Positions 47,352 to 56,422 of a DNA stretch of 56,422 nt are shown here, piece after piece. The notes below the pieces were generated by a model. That model was given only the letters and a program-made list of their open reading frames with translations, was not told the origin of the DNA and made no database searches. Source of the DNA: Thermodesulfovibrio sp. (GTDB lineage: Bacteria > Nitrospirota > Thermodesulfovibrionia > UBA6902). Each line of letters begins with the position of its first letter. Position 1 is the first letter of the stretch. Location of the stretch: positions 1 through 56,422 of the forward strand of contig JALSHG010000074.1 of NCBI GenBank assembly GCA_026982355.1. Reading direction: 5' to 3'. The translations under genes were made by a program, and so were the position numbers.

Positions 47352-49274
47352 ATGGGAAGAGTAGTTGGAATCGATCTTGGAACCACCAATTCCGCTGTAG
47401 CGGTTATGCAAGGCGGCGAACCGGTGATAATAACCAATCAGGAAGGAACAAGGACCACTCCATCCGTGGTGGCTTTCACGGACAAAGGAGAAAGGCTAAT
47501 AGGACAGGTTGCCAAAAGGCAGGCGATCACAAACCCGGAGAATACCATCTTCTCAATCAAGAGACTGATGGGAAGGAAGTACGATTCCCCTGAAGCCAGG
47601 GAGGCCATGAAAAAGCTCCCCTACAAAATAGTCCGGGCCCCCAACGGTGATGCACATGTAGAGGCACAGGGCAAGACCTATTCACCGCCGGAGATATCCG
47701 CCATGATACTCCAGAAGCTGAAACAGGCCGCTGAGGACTATCTGGGGGAGCCGGTCACCGATGCGGTTATAACCGTGCCGGCATATTTCGACGACAGCCA
47801 GCGCCAGGCCACCAAAGACGCGGGCAAGATTGCGGGACTGAACGTCCTGAGGATAATCAATGAACCGACCGCAGCCTCGCTTGCCTACGGCATGGACAAG
47901 AAAAAAGAGGAAAAGATAGCCGTCTACGACCTCGGCGGGGGGACATTTGACATCTCGATACTGGAGATCGGTGAAGGCGTCGTGGAAGTCAAGGCCACAA
48001 ACGGCGACACATACCTCGGCGGCGACGATTTCGACCTCAAGATAATGGACTGGCTGGTCGACGAATTCAAAAAGGATTCGGGCATTGACCTCCGCAACGA
48101 TAAAATGGCCCTGCAGAGGTTGAAGGAAAGCGCTGAAAAGGCGAAGATAGAACTATCATCGGCAATGGAGACGGAGATCAACCTTCCCTTCATAACAGCC
48201 GATGCAGGCGGTCCCAAGCACCTGGTGATGAAACTGTCGCGCGCCAGATTCGAGCAGCTTACAGGCGGCCTTATCGATAAAACAATCGCTCCGTGCAAGA
48301 CCGCATTGTCCGATGCCGGCCTCGGCACCTCCGATATCAACGAAGTGATACTCGTAGGCGGACAGACAAGGACCCCGAAGGTCCAGCAGGTTGTAAAGGA
48401 ATTCTTCGGCAGGGAGGCATCCAAGGGCGTCAATCCCGATGAAGTCGTGGCCACTGGAGCGGCAATCCAGGCCGGCGTGTTAAAAGGAGAGGTCAAGGAT
48501 GTGCTTCTCCTTGACGTCACTCCGCTTTCACTGGGAATCGAAACCCTCGGCGGAGTCTTTACAAAGCTCATTGAAAAAAACACCACGATTCCCGCAAGGA
48601 AAAGCCAGATATTCTCCACAGCCGCCGATAACCAGCCTGCCGTTACGATCAAGATATACCAGGGTGAAAGGGAAATGGCCGCCGACAACAAGCTGCTCGG
48701 CAACTTCGAGCTGGTCGGCATACCCCCTGCACCGCGCGGCGTCCCGCAGATCGAGGTCACATTCGACATTGATGCAAACGGCATCCTGCACGTCTCGGCC
48801 AAGGACAAGGGCACGGGCAAAGAGCAGTCCATCAGGATAACCGCATCCAGCGGTCTCACTGAAGAAGAGATCAGGAAAATGACGGCTGAGGCCGATGCCC
48901 ATGCTGAAGAGGACAAAAGAAAACGCCGCCTTGCCGAGGCAAAGAACGAAGCAGACACCATTGTCTATACCGTTGAGAAATCCTTAAAAGACTACGGAGA
49001 CAAAATCACGGATGACGAAAGGCGGAAAATCAACAGCGCACTGGAAAAATGCAAAAACCTGAAAGATACGGCCACTGATCCGGACGAGCTCAAAAAAGCT
49101 ATTGAGGAATTGACTACAGCTTCGCATAAAATTGCCGAAGAGATGTACAAGGCCGGGGCAGGCGCCCGGCAGGCTGCCGCGGGTGCGGAAACCGCCTCAC
49201 AGGAACCCCCGAAGGACAAAGATGACGTCGTGGAGGCCGAATTTGAAGACGTGGACAAAGACAAGAAAGAATAA
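47352..49274 (+). CDS. dnaK: Chaperone DnaK
   Basis: [47 protein letters not shown]. Confidence 0.98.
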   Translation: MGRVVGIDLGTTNSAVAVMQGGEPVIITNQEGTRTTPSVVAFTDKGERLIGQVAKRQAITNPENTIFSIKRLMGRKYDSPEAREAMKKLPYKIVRAPNGDAHVEAQGKTYSPPEISAMILQKLKQAAEDYLGEPVTDAVITVPAYFDDSQRQATKDAGKIAGLNVLRIINEPTAASLAYGMDKKKEEKIAVYDLGGGTFDISILEIGEGVVEVKATNGDTYLGGDDFDLKIMDWLVDEFKKDSGIDLRNDKMALQRLKESAEKAKIELSSAMETEINLPFITADAGGPKHLVMKLSRARFEQLTGGLIDKTIAPCKTALSDAGLGTSDINEVILVGGQTRTPKVQQVVKEFFGREASKGVNPDEVVATGAAIQAGVLKGEVKDVLLLDVTPLSLGIETLGGVFTKLIEKNTTIPARKSQIFSTAADNQPAVTIKIYQGEREMAADNKLLGNFELVGIPPAPRGVPQIEVTFDIDANGILHVSAKDKGTGKEQSIRITASSGLTEEEIRKMTAEADAHAEEDKRKRRLAEAKNEADTIVYTVEKSLKDYGDKITDDERRKINSALEKCKNLKDTATDPDELKKAIEELTTASHKIAEEMYKAGAGARQAAAGAETASQEPPKDKDDVVEAEFEDVDKDKKE

Positions 49275-50396
49275 ATGAAAGACTATTACCGGATACTCGA
49301 AATAGACAGAACCGCTGATGAGACGGAGATCAAAAAGGCATACCGGCGGCTTGCACTGAAATACCATCCCGACAGGAACCCCGGAGACAAGGTATCCGAA
49401 GAAAAGTTCAAGGAAATAAACGAAGCATATGCATGCCTGAGCGACCCGCAGAAGAGGGCCCACTATGACCGGTTCGGCACTGCAGAAGGCTTTGGAGCCG
49501 ACGCCGGTTTCGGCGGATTCGGGGACTTCGGCTCCACTTTCGGGGATATCTTCGGCGAGATGTTCGGAGATATCTTCGGCGACTTTACCGGCAGGCGGAG
49601 AAGGCGGCCCTCAAAGGGGCAGGACCTTCGTTACGACCTCGAAATAGACCTCAAAGACGCCGTATTCGGCACTGAAAAAAAGATAACCATTCCACGCTGG
49701 GAGGACTGTTCCACCTGCGGTGGGACCGGTTCCAGGCCCGGAAAGGGACCCGTGGTATGCCAGACCTGCAGGGGCACGGGCCAGACAAAGCTCCAGCAGG
49801 GATTCTTCACGATCTCAAGGACATGCGGCAGTTGCAGGGGTGAAGGCAGGATAATCACGGATCCGTGCACGAAATGCAGGGGCCAGGGCAAGGTCAGGAG
49901 AGAGCGCACTGTATCCCTGAAGATTCCGGCCGGCGTAGACACCGGCATAAGGCTCAAGGTCGCCGGCGAGGGAGAGCCCGGGACCCACGGCGGGCCGCAC
50001 GGCGACCTTTATGTGGTGGTGCATGTTGAACCGCATCCTTTCTTCAAGAGAAAAGGCAATGACCTCCTCTGTGAAGTACCGATATCCTTTGTGCAGGCAG
50101 CGCTCGGCGGAGAGATAGAAGTGCCCACCATTGACGGAAAGGCAACAATCAAAATCCCTCCCGGAACCCCGTCGGGGAGGGTCTTCCATTTGAGGGGCAA
50201 GGGTGTTCCCAAGCTGGCCGGTTACGGCAAGGGCGACCAGTACATAACCGTTTTCATAGATGTGCCCAAGAAGCTCACCGCCAGGCAGAAAGAGCTCCTC
50301 AGGGAATTCGCCGAAATCAGCGGGGACGAGGTGTCCAGGGGCTTCATGGAGAAAATAAAAGATATCTTCCATAACCAGCACAAGGAAGCAAAGTAA
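49275..50396 (+). CDS. dnaJ: Chaperone DnaJ
   Basis: J domain HPD, G/F region, four CxxCxGxG motifs. Confidence 0.97.
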   Translation: MKDYYRILEIDRTADETEIKKAYRRLALKYHPDRNPGDKVSEEKFKEINEAYACLSDPQKRAHYDRFGTAEGFGADAGFGGFGDFGSTFGDIFGEMFGDIFGDFTGRRRRRPSKGQDLRYDLEIDLKDAVFGTEKKITIPRWEDCSTCGGTGSRPGKGPVVCQTCRGTGQTKLQQGFFTISRTCGSCRGEGRIITDPCTKCRGQGKVRRERTVSLKIPAGVDTGIRLKVAGEGEPGTHGGPHGDLYVVVHVEPHPFFKRKGNDLLCEVPISFVQAALGGEIEVPTIDGKATIKIPPGTPSGRVFHLRGKGVPKLAGYGKGDQYITVFIDVPKKLTARQKELLREFAEISGDEVSRGFMEKIKDIFHNQHKEAK

Positions 50397-50416
50397 ACCT
50401 TACAGTTGCATAAACA
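50394..50416. repeat. Repeat family A end, left of the GHKL gene
   Basis: TAAACCTTACAGTTGCATAAAC; starts at the dnaJ stop codon. Confidence 0.65.
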
Positions 50417-50446
50417 GAATCGCCCGGTCCCCAGAATCCCTCATCC

Positions 50447-52240
50447 CTACTTCAGATGCTCTTCCGTATAAAGCCCGAGTTCGATCATTCTTTCAAGCAA
50501 CTGATCCGCCGGCATGCCTGGAAAGTTTTTATATACAAGCTCCTTGGCAAACAGGCGGCAGATATAGCGCAGCTTTCTCATCCTGTTCTTTGACGCGTAA
50601 ACAAAGTCCCTGTGGCCGTTGTTTATCACTATAACATTCTGTTTTTCATCATACCGCGAGCGCCAGAGTTCCCCCGGAGCGCGCCTGAATGTGTAACCGG
50701 GGAGGCCCTTCCCAGGCGCCGGCCCGCCCTCCTGCTTTGGTAAAATCGTATCCGTTACCGTGATCAGCGCTTCACCTCTAACTGATTCCGCACCCTGCAT
50801 TGCCGTCACCTCGAGCTCAACCAGGGCAGGCTCTTCAGGCGCCCGGTAGGTGACGATTTCCTCACCGGAATTTTCAAGCACTCCCGGCCCTTCCTTGATC
50901 CTCCATGAAAACCTGAGTCCATCTTCCACAAGCCGGCGGGTCTTGTCCCTTGCCACGGCCCTGAATCTCTTTTCACTGTTCACAGGGACAACGGATGACG
51001 CCGGAGATATCCGCACGCTGTACAGCGGCCCGGCGAATTCAAAAAACTCCTTCTGTGGAGATGATGCCCCATCCCCGGACAGCGCCGACTTTTCGGCGTC
51101 CGCAGCCTCTTCCTCCGGAGCGGAAGGCTTCCGCCCTTTCCCGGAGGCGGTATGAATATCGAACCAGTCATACTCCTCCCTCGGCAGGGCGAGTATCGCC
51201 TCCTTGAGCGCTTTCTGAACAGTCTTCAGTATCTTCCTGCTCGCACGTTCCTCTTCAGCCCGCTTCTGCTCCATGATTATCTCCGCGAGCTTCACCTCAA
51301 GGGGCCTGACGGATTCGGAAAACGCCGAGAAGTTACTGTCATGTATTATGCCGCTTCTTGTGCCCGGCGTCAGGTTCAGAAAGGGGACATCGATAATCCC
51401 CTCAAGCCAGCCGGATGTCCAGGGTTCCGTGGCAAAACGGTCCAGCTCGGACAGTGAGTTCAGCACTCTTGTGCCCGCCCGGTAAAGCCCGACCCTGTTT
51501 TCACTGCTCGATTCGTTCAGATAAAGCTCCACGTATATCTCGCCCAGGTCGGAATGGGGCTGGGGCAGCCGGTGCAGCAGCCTTCCGCTGAACTCCCTCG
51601 GTTCAACAAGCATCTGCTTCCTTGCGGTCCTGTCCAGTATCTTTATTACAACGCCGGTCTTTCTTATGCGGTCTCTAAGCTCGGAGGCGAGGTACCGCTG
51701 AATCTTTTCCCCGCTCAGTGTCTTCACACCGGGCAGCAGCGGTGAAACCGTCAGCTCGGTCCCCCTGACGGGTATCAGCGTCCGCTTCTGCGCTATGGAA
51801 TAGCTGGGGGAACCCTTACTCATCCTCATCTCATAAGTCCTGCCGTCTTTCGAGGAGGATACGAGGCTGAGTTCTTCTCCCACGGTCCAGAAGCTCAGGA
51901 GACCGATCCCGAACTCCCCCTGTATGCCGCTTGCCCCCTCCTTCTTCAACTGTCTCTTGACGGAATCGCATATGTGTGTGGCTACATACTTGAAATCGGG
52001 CAGCCCCCCGGCGTCTTTCGGTATCCCCTCGCCGTCATCAATGATCTTCAGATAGTGTCTCCCCTTTTCCTTTCCCCTGATTATCGACACATTCCCTGCC
52101 CCGGCATCGATGCTGTTTTCCACGAATTCCGCTATGGCCTTGAGAGGATTACTCTGTGAAAGGGCTATTATGGTGATGGCGTTCCAGTTGTCCCCGATAC
52201 GCAGTCTGCCGGTATTAAATGCCTTTTTCTGTTTGCTCAT
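50447..52240 (-). CDS. GHKL-family ATPase (HATPase_c_3; MORC/MutL/Hsp90-like) of unknown function
   Basis: AIAEFVENSIDA, IIDDGEG, GEFGIGLLS, GTELTV boxes; beta-rich, possibly Ig-like C-terminal part. Start MSKQ at 52240; the longer ORF would overlap rsmE. Confidence 0.8.
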   Translation of the reverse strand: MSKQKKAFNTGRLRIGDNWNAITIIALSQSNPLKAIAEFVENSIDAGAGNVSIIRGKEKGRHYLKIIDDGEGIPKDAGGLPDFKYVATHICDSVKRQLKKEGASGIQGEFGIGLLSFWTVGEELSLVSSSKDGRTYEMRMSKGSPSYSIAQKRTLIPVRGTELTVSPLLPGVKTLSGEKIQRYLASELRDRIRKTGVVIKILDRTARKQMLVEPREFSGRLLHRLPQPHSDLGEIYVELYLNESSSENRVGLYRAGTRVLNSLSELDRFATEPWTSGWLEGIIDVPFLNLTPGTRSGIIHDSNFSAFSESVRPLEVKLAEIIMEQKRAEEERASRKILKTVQKALKEAILALPREEYDWFDIHTASGKGRKPSAPEEEAADAEKSALSGDGASSPQKEFFEFAGPLYSVRISPASSVVPVNSEKRFRAVARDKTRRLVEDGLRFSWRIKEGPGVLENSGEEIVTYRAPEEPALVELEVTAMQGAESVRGEALITVTDTILPKQEGGPAPGKGLPGYTFRRAPGELWRSRYDEKQNVIVINNGHRDFVYASKNRMRKLRYICRLFAKELVYKNFPGMPADQLLERMIELGLYTEEHLK

Positions 52241-52318
52241 GACGGAAATATTATATAACATTCCACCCCTGTTCCACTGACGATGCGGAACAGGGGTCAC
52301 CGCGGACACGTCGGACCC

Positions 52319-52347
52319 CTCTGCCGGTCCATGCAACCTTAAGCGTT
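52319..52347. repeat. Repeat family A end, right of the GHKL gene
   Basis: CTCTGCCGGTCCATGCAACCTTAAGCGTT; resembles 2769-2801 and the reverse complement of the 34576 left end. Confidence 0.55.
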
Positions 52348-52447
52348 GATTATAGCATTTGACGGCAAGGTGAGGGAAAACGTATTGTGCTACAATAGTA
52401 ACAATTCCATGGTCGCATACTACTGATGAAACAGCCATTGACATGTC

Positions 52448-53278
52448 ATGATCCGAATATTCCTTCCGCCTGAAGAGCTTGCATCGGGGAAGAGCATTAT
52501 CACCGGAGAGAACGCCCGCCGCCTTGCGCTCGTTCTCAGGGTGCAGCCCGGTGAGACAGTGACGGCCCTTGACGGCCGGGGGTTCAGGTATGAGTGCAGG
52601 GTGGTTTCTGTCCATAAAAAAGAGGTGGTCGCTGAAGTGGTCGGTAAGGAATCGTATTCCGCCGAATCCTCCGTTCCGATCACCCTTGCGCAGGGCATAC
52701 CGAAAGGGGAAAAGATGGACGCTATAGTGCAGAAATCAACCGAACTCGGCGTGTCGAAGATCATCCCCTTGATCACCGGACGATCCCTGGTAAGACACAC
52801 CCACAGGGCGGCACGGTGGCGGAGGATCGCCCTCTCGGCGTCACAGCAGTCGGGCAGGCAGAAGATTCCCGAGGTTGAATCCCCCCGTGATTTCAGCGAG
52901 TTTCTCGTAAGTCAGATAGCATATGACCGCCCTGACCTCCATCCTTTTTCACCAGGGGATGGAATAAACAGCGGAAGCCCGCCTTCAATCCCCTCTCCCC
53001 CGGCGGGAGAGGGTAGGGGTGAGAAGGGGCCTTTAAAAATAATCTTCTCCGAAGGGCATGGAGAGAGAAACCTGAAAAAAGTTTTAAGGAGCTTCGGCGG
53101 CACCGGAGGGATCACACTGCTCATAGGGCCTGAGGGAGGGTTTTCAGGAGAAGAAGTAACAGAGGCAGTCAAAACGGGTTTTATCAGGGCGTCCCTCGGA
53201 CCGCGGATACTCCGCACGGAGACAGCGCCGGTCGCAGCGATAAGCATCATCCAGTATGAACTCGGGGACATGGGATGA
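52448..53278 (+). CDS. rsmE: 16S rRNA m3U1498 methyltransferase RsmE, with an in-frame palindromic insertion
   Basis: LVLRVQPGE, PKGEKMDAIVQKSTELGV, IGPEGGFS, LGPRILRTETA. Confidence 0.93.
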   Translation: MIRIFLPPEELASGKSIITGENARRLALVLRVQPGETVTALDGRGFRYECRVVSVHKKEVVAEVVGKESYSAESSVPITLAQGIPKGEKMDAIVQKSTELGVSKIIPLITGRSLVRHTHRAARWRRIALSASQQSGRQKIPEVESPRDFSEFLVSQIAYDRPDLHPFSPGDGINSGSPPSIPSPPAGEGRGEKGPLKIIFSEGHGERNLKKVLRSFGGTGGITLLIGPEGGFSGEEVTEAVKTGFIRASLGPRILRTETAPVAAISIIQYELGDMG

Positions 53279-53398
53279 TAGCCGGATCAGGCTTGCGGTT
53301 CCTTTCACTCCCCCATTACCTGGACAAATACCTTCCTTGAGCGCGGGCGGTTGTCATGATCCACAACGACTATCTGCCGCCATGTTCCGAGAACCAAA

Positions 53399-53533
53399 TC
53401 CCCTCCTCCCTGACCCCCTCCCGGCAGGAGAGGGGGTGACTTGTTTCATCCTGCACCCTGCACTTCGAACTTCGCACTTTGAACTCTGTTCCCCGGCAGA
53501 CTTCTCTGCCGGCTTACGCAACATTAAGGGTTA
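53399..53533. repeat. Intergenic repeat cluster: REP-like palindrome, heptamer tandem repeat and family A end
   Basis: CCCTCCTCCCTGACCCCCTCCCGGCAGGAGAGGGGG; CCTGCAC-CCTGCAC-TTCGAAC-TTCGCAC-TTTGAAC; CTGCCGGCTTACGCAACATTAAGGGTTA. Confidence 0.6.
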
Positions 53534-53689
53534 TACCGCCCTTATCTCCACAACCTTTTCGAGAGGAACCACTATCCACGCCGTCTCCGCCTGGAGATGG
53601 ACATCCCTTTCACCGATCTCAACGAGTATGCCCCTGTATGAAACATCCATGGTCCTGACCTCCACTTCCTTACCCGTCAACTCCTGCAT
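53531..53689 (-). CDS. Small 52-aa protein, possibly Sm/LSm-like fold: MQELTGKEVEVRTMDVSYRGILVEIGERDVHLQAETAWIVVPLEKVVEIRAV
   Basis: Hand-translated; AGGAGG RBS; overlaps the yihY 3' end; absent from the ORF track. Confidence 0.72.
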   Translation of the reverse strand: MQELTGKEVEVRTMDVSYRGILVEIGERDVHLQAETAWIVVPLEKVVEIRAV

Positions 53690-54500
53690 GATGCCTCCTG
53701 CTTAAATTGTTCACAAACTCCCCGCCCAGGAGAAAAATGCACGAGAGATAGTACATCCATAACAGGAAGAGGATAAACGTGGTCAGGGAGCCGTAAATAG
53801 CGCCTATATATGAAATATTTCTCACAAACCATGTAAATACATGCTTGGCCGGCTCCCATAGTACCGCAACAAGCAGCGCGCCGGAGAACGCGTCCCGCAG
53901 GGATACTTTCACGTGCGGCACAATCTTGTAAACCGCGGTGAAGGTTAATGATATCAGTATGAACGGCGCGAAATACTTTAAAAATATGGCCGCCTTATAC
54001 CCGATTCCCACGCCGAAAATATTTATTGGATACTGCCTGAATATACCCGCAATGGAACTTACGGCGAATGACAGAAACCAGAAGATTATCACAAGCGTGA
54101 CAATGCACATGCTCCAGAACAATGACAGGAGAAAGTGTCTCTTCTTCGGAACCCTGAATATCACGTTCATTGCATGTTCCACGGAATAAAAAATCTGCAG
54201 GGACATGAACCCGTAAATGAAAAACGTTATCCAGCTTATGCCCTTGTACGTGATGACATTCCTGAGCTCATTGGTGATCCCGGATGTGACCTTGGGGAAG
54301 GAATTGATAAGTTTTGCAAGCAGGAAATTATACAGTTCGCGGTTGCCCCCCAGCATATAACCGAAAAGCGCGACAAACAGCAGGCTTAAAGGAACCAGCG
54401 ACACGATAAGGAAATAGGCTATCGAGGCAGCCAGGTAGAAACACTCATCCTTGAAAAAAAACTTCAGGCTGTTGCCCAGAGACTTTATTATTACATTCAT
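53670..54500 (-). CDS. YihY/BrkB family inner-membrane protein
   Basis: LAASIAYFLIVSLVP, AIYGSL..FILFLLWMYY..IFLLGGE; multiple TMs. Confidence 0.88.
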   Translation of the reverse strand: MNVIIKSLGNSLKFFFKDECFYLAASIAYFLIVSLVPLSLLFVALFGYMLGGNRELYNFLLAKLINSFPKVTSGITNELRNVITYKGISWITFFIYGFMSLQIFYSVEHAMNVIFRVPKKRHFLLSLFWSMCIVTLVIIFWFLSFAVSSIAGIFRQYPINIFGVGIGYKAAIFLKYFAPFILISLTFTAVYKIVPHVKVSLRDAFSGALLVAVLWEPAKHVFTWFVRNISYIGAIYGSLTTFILFLLWMYYLSCIFLLGGEFVNNLSRRHHAGVDG

Positions 54501-55816
54501 TGCTGCTTCCGCTTCCTCTGCCTTACATAGAATTCAACAGGCACCCCTTCAAAGGCAAAGTCGGCCCGCAGTTGATTTTCAAGGAATTTCATATACTGTT
54601 CCCCGATCCCCTCCTTTCTGTTTGTGAATATCAGAAAGCCGGGGGGATTCGTTTTCACCTGGGTGATATAATATATTTTCACCCTCCTGCCGTTATACAA
54701 CGGCGGTTCCCGCACTGAAAGGACCTTTCTTAAAAACAGATTGAGCTGCCTGGTGCCGATCCTCCTGGCGGCCTCCTCCATAATCCTGTCGACCAGCGGA
54801 AAGAGCTTGGTGACCCTTTTCCTGCTCAGCGCCGATATAGTCAGTACCGGCACATAACGCATAAACCACAGCTTGTCGTAAACCTGCTCTTTCAAGCGCC
54901 CGGCCGTGTCATGGTCCTTATCTGCAATATCCCATTTGTTCAGAAGAATAACAGCCCCCTTCCCGGCGGAATGGACAAGCCCTGCTATCTTCCGGTCCAT
55001 TTCAACAACGCCCTCTGATGCATCCAGCACTATGAGGGCAACATCACAGTCTTCAATATTTCTCAGTGTCCTCATAAACGAATACCTTTCAACCGTTTTC
55101 GCCATCTTGCCCTTCCTGCGGATTCCGGCCGTATCCACAAGGATATATTTCTTCTTATAATACGAACAGACCGAATCAACCGCATCCCTCGTTGTGCCGG
55201 GCACAGGGCTGACAATCATCCTTTCCTTGCCGAGAAGGGCGTTTGCAAGGGTGGACTTGCCGACATTGGGCCTTCCGACTATTGCAATCCTCGGATAATC
55301 CGGCCCCTCATCTTCCGTCTCCGGCAGCAGGCGGAAAATATTCTCCATGAGATTCTCATATCCATACCCGTTAAGCGCGGAAAGCGGAAACAGGTCGACG
55401 CCGAGGGAGCAGAAATCATAGAGGGCCTTCTCTTTTCTGGGTCCGTCTATCTTGTTGACCGCATAAAGGATTTTCTTGCCGTATTTCCTCAGCTCATCAA
55501 TCAACTCCATATCCAGCGGAAGAACCCCGCTGTCGGCATCCATCAACAGGATGATGATATCCGCTTCTTCCACGCCCGCAAGAATCTGTTTTTTCACTTC
55601 CCTGTAAATATCCTCTTCAGGTTCGTGCAGGAACCCCCCGGTGTCCACAACGAGAAAAGGCCGTCCTTCCCATTCAGCCTCGCTGTAGAGCCTGTCACGT
55701 GTGACACCTGGAAAGTCTTCAACCACGGCGCGGCGTTTACGGGCCATCCTGTTGAACAGGGTGGATTTCCCCACATTCGCCCTTCCCACAATAGCGACAA
55801 CCGGTTTTCTCATCAT
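54497..55816 (-). CDS. der: Ribosome biogenesis GTPase Der (EngA)
   Basis: Two GTPase domains (GRANVGKS/DTGG/NKID; GRPNVGKS/DTAG/NKWD) and a KH-like tail. Confidence 0.96.
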   Translation of the reverse strand: MMRKPVVAIVGRANVGKSTLFNRMARKRRAVVEDFPGVTRDRLYSEAEWEGRPFLVVDTGGFLHEPEEDIYREVKKQILAGVEEADIIILLMDADSGVLPLDMELIDELRKYGKKILYAVNKIDGPRKEKALYDFCSLGVDLFPLSALNGYGYENLMENIFRLLPETEDEGPDYPRIAIVGRPNVGKSTLANALLGKERMIVSPVPGTTRDAVDSVCSYYKKKYILVDTAGIRRKGKMAKTVERYSFMRTLRNIEDCDVALIVLDASEGVVEMDRKIAGLVHSAGKGAVILLNKWDIADKDHDTAGRLKEQVYDKLWFMRYVPVLTISALSRKRVTKLFPLVDRIMEEAARRIGTRQLNLFLRKVLSVREPPLYNGRRVKIYYITQVKTNPPGFLIFTNRKEGIGEQYMKFLENQLRADFAFEGVPVEFYVRQRKRKQQ

Positions 55817-55886
55817 GTTTCCTTATGAGGTTATTATAAGAATATCCTTACAGCGGCATTAAAACATCAGGCTCTGAAACCGGAGT

Positions 55887-55941
55887 TAACCTTACAGTGG
55901 CATAGAACCACCGCCTGCCGGCTTATGCAACATTAAGGTTA
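55887..55941. mobile_element. Repeat family A minimal ('empty') 55-bp copy
   Basis: TAACCTTACAGTGGCATAG...CTGCCGGCTTATGCAACATTAAGGTTA: inverted ends bounded by TA; an extra partial end at 55846-55865. Confidence 0.75.
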
Positions 55942-56240
55942 ATTATAACACTTTACCGGTGCGGTGTCGTCATTTCCACCCGGACCACCAGGATTACGTC
56001 AAGATTACAGGCAACCGGCTCAGGAAAATAAAGAAACAAAAGCAACCGGTTTCCCCCCCAACCCGTGTTATAAACAGGGCAACGCCCTATGCCTCGGAGA
56101 TAAAAGCCACAGATGACAATGAGTTGCTCCGCTGCATTGAAGTTCGCCCGGTATATCGGCATGAGCGTATGCGCCGGGATGACCTCATGCGGGATAAGCA
56201 TTATCCTGGGCTCAAATCCCTTGCAGGGGGGTCTGCCTTC

Positions 56241-56342
56241 ATATGTCATTTCGACCAAAGGGAGAAATCTTTCGGTATCGATGAGTTATAAGACCTCTCT
56301 CTCCGCTCGATGTGACGGACGGAGGACTTTTGCAAGAGTCTC
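56241..56342. mobile_element. Repeat family B element, copy 3 (left end degenerate)
   Basis: GTCATTTCGACCAAAGGGAGAAATCTTTCGGTATCGA...AAGACCTCTCTCTCCGCTCGATGTGAC...ACTTTTGCAAGAGTCTC. Confidence 0.72.
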
Positions 56343-56422
56343 AATTATTGATTTACTGCTCTTGTCCTCCATGCCGTCTCTCCCGGCTTTAATCCATACG
56401 CGCTTCGACTTTGACGTTTCCG

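Noticed and set aside
52241-52615. N-terminal extension of the GHKL ORF
   Set aside because: It overlaps rsmE in antisense and crosses a repeat and promoter-like DNA.
55953-56291. Overlapping ORFs 55959-56291 (+) and 55953-56258 (-)
   Set aside because: No recognisable motif or RBS, and both run into the family B repeat. No ncRNA could be recognised by eye either.

Overview
Chromosomal window from a bacterium, probably Nitrospirota (Thermodesulfovibrionia-like; inferred from gene content and 16S character, not from a search). Left to right: (1) a NarX/NarL-type two-component pair; (2) a divergent cassette with a periplasmic binding protein and HAMP hybrid kinase on the minus strand, and on the plus strand a TonB-dependent receptor, a 33-aa Cys-Cys 'geopeptide'-like precursor missed by the ORF track, a radical SAM/SPASM maturase and a REC-LuxR regulator, together a candidate RiPP-based signalling system; (3) a ~24 kb chemosensory cluster with two MCP-cheY-STAS-cheA modules, cheW/R/B/D, three hybrid kinases, two near-1-kb apparently identical internal duplications, an MshEN-like CheA and a His-less kinase; (4) an RpoD-like sigma factor lacking region 1.1, a CBS tRNA nucleotidyltransferase and a PpiC foldase; (5) a minus-strand 16S-23S rRNA operon with no spacer tRNA, no linked 5S, and two insertions in the 23S; (6) hrcA-grpE-dnaK-dnaJ, an antisense GHKL ATPase gene bracketed by MITE-like ends, rsmE, an unannotated 52-aa ORF, yihY and der. 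Two families of short mobile-like repeats are dispersed through the intergenic regions. All calls are from reading the sequence; no database searches were run.
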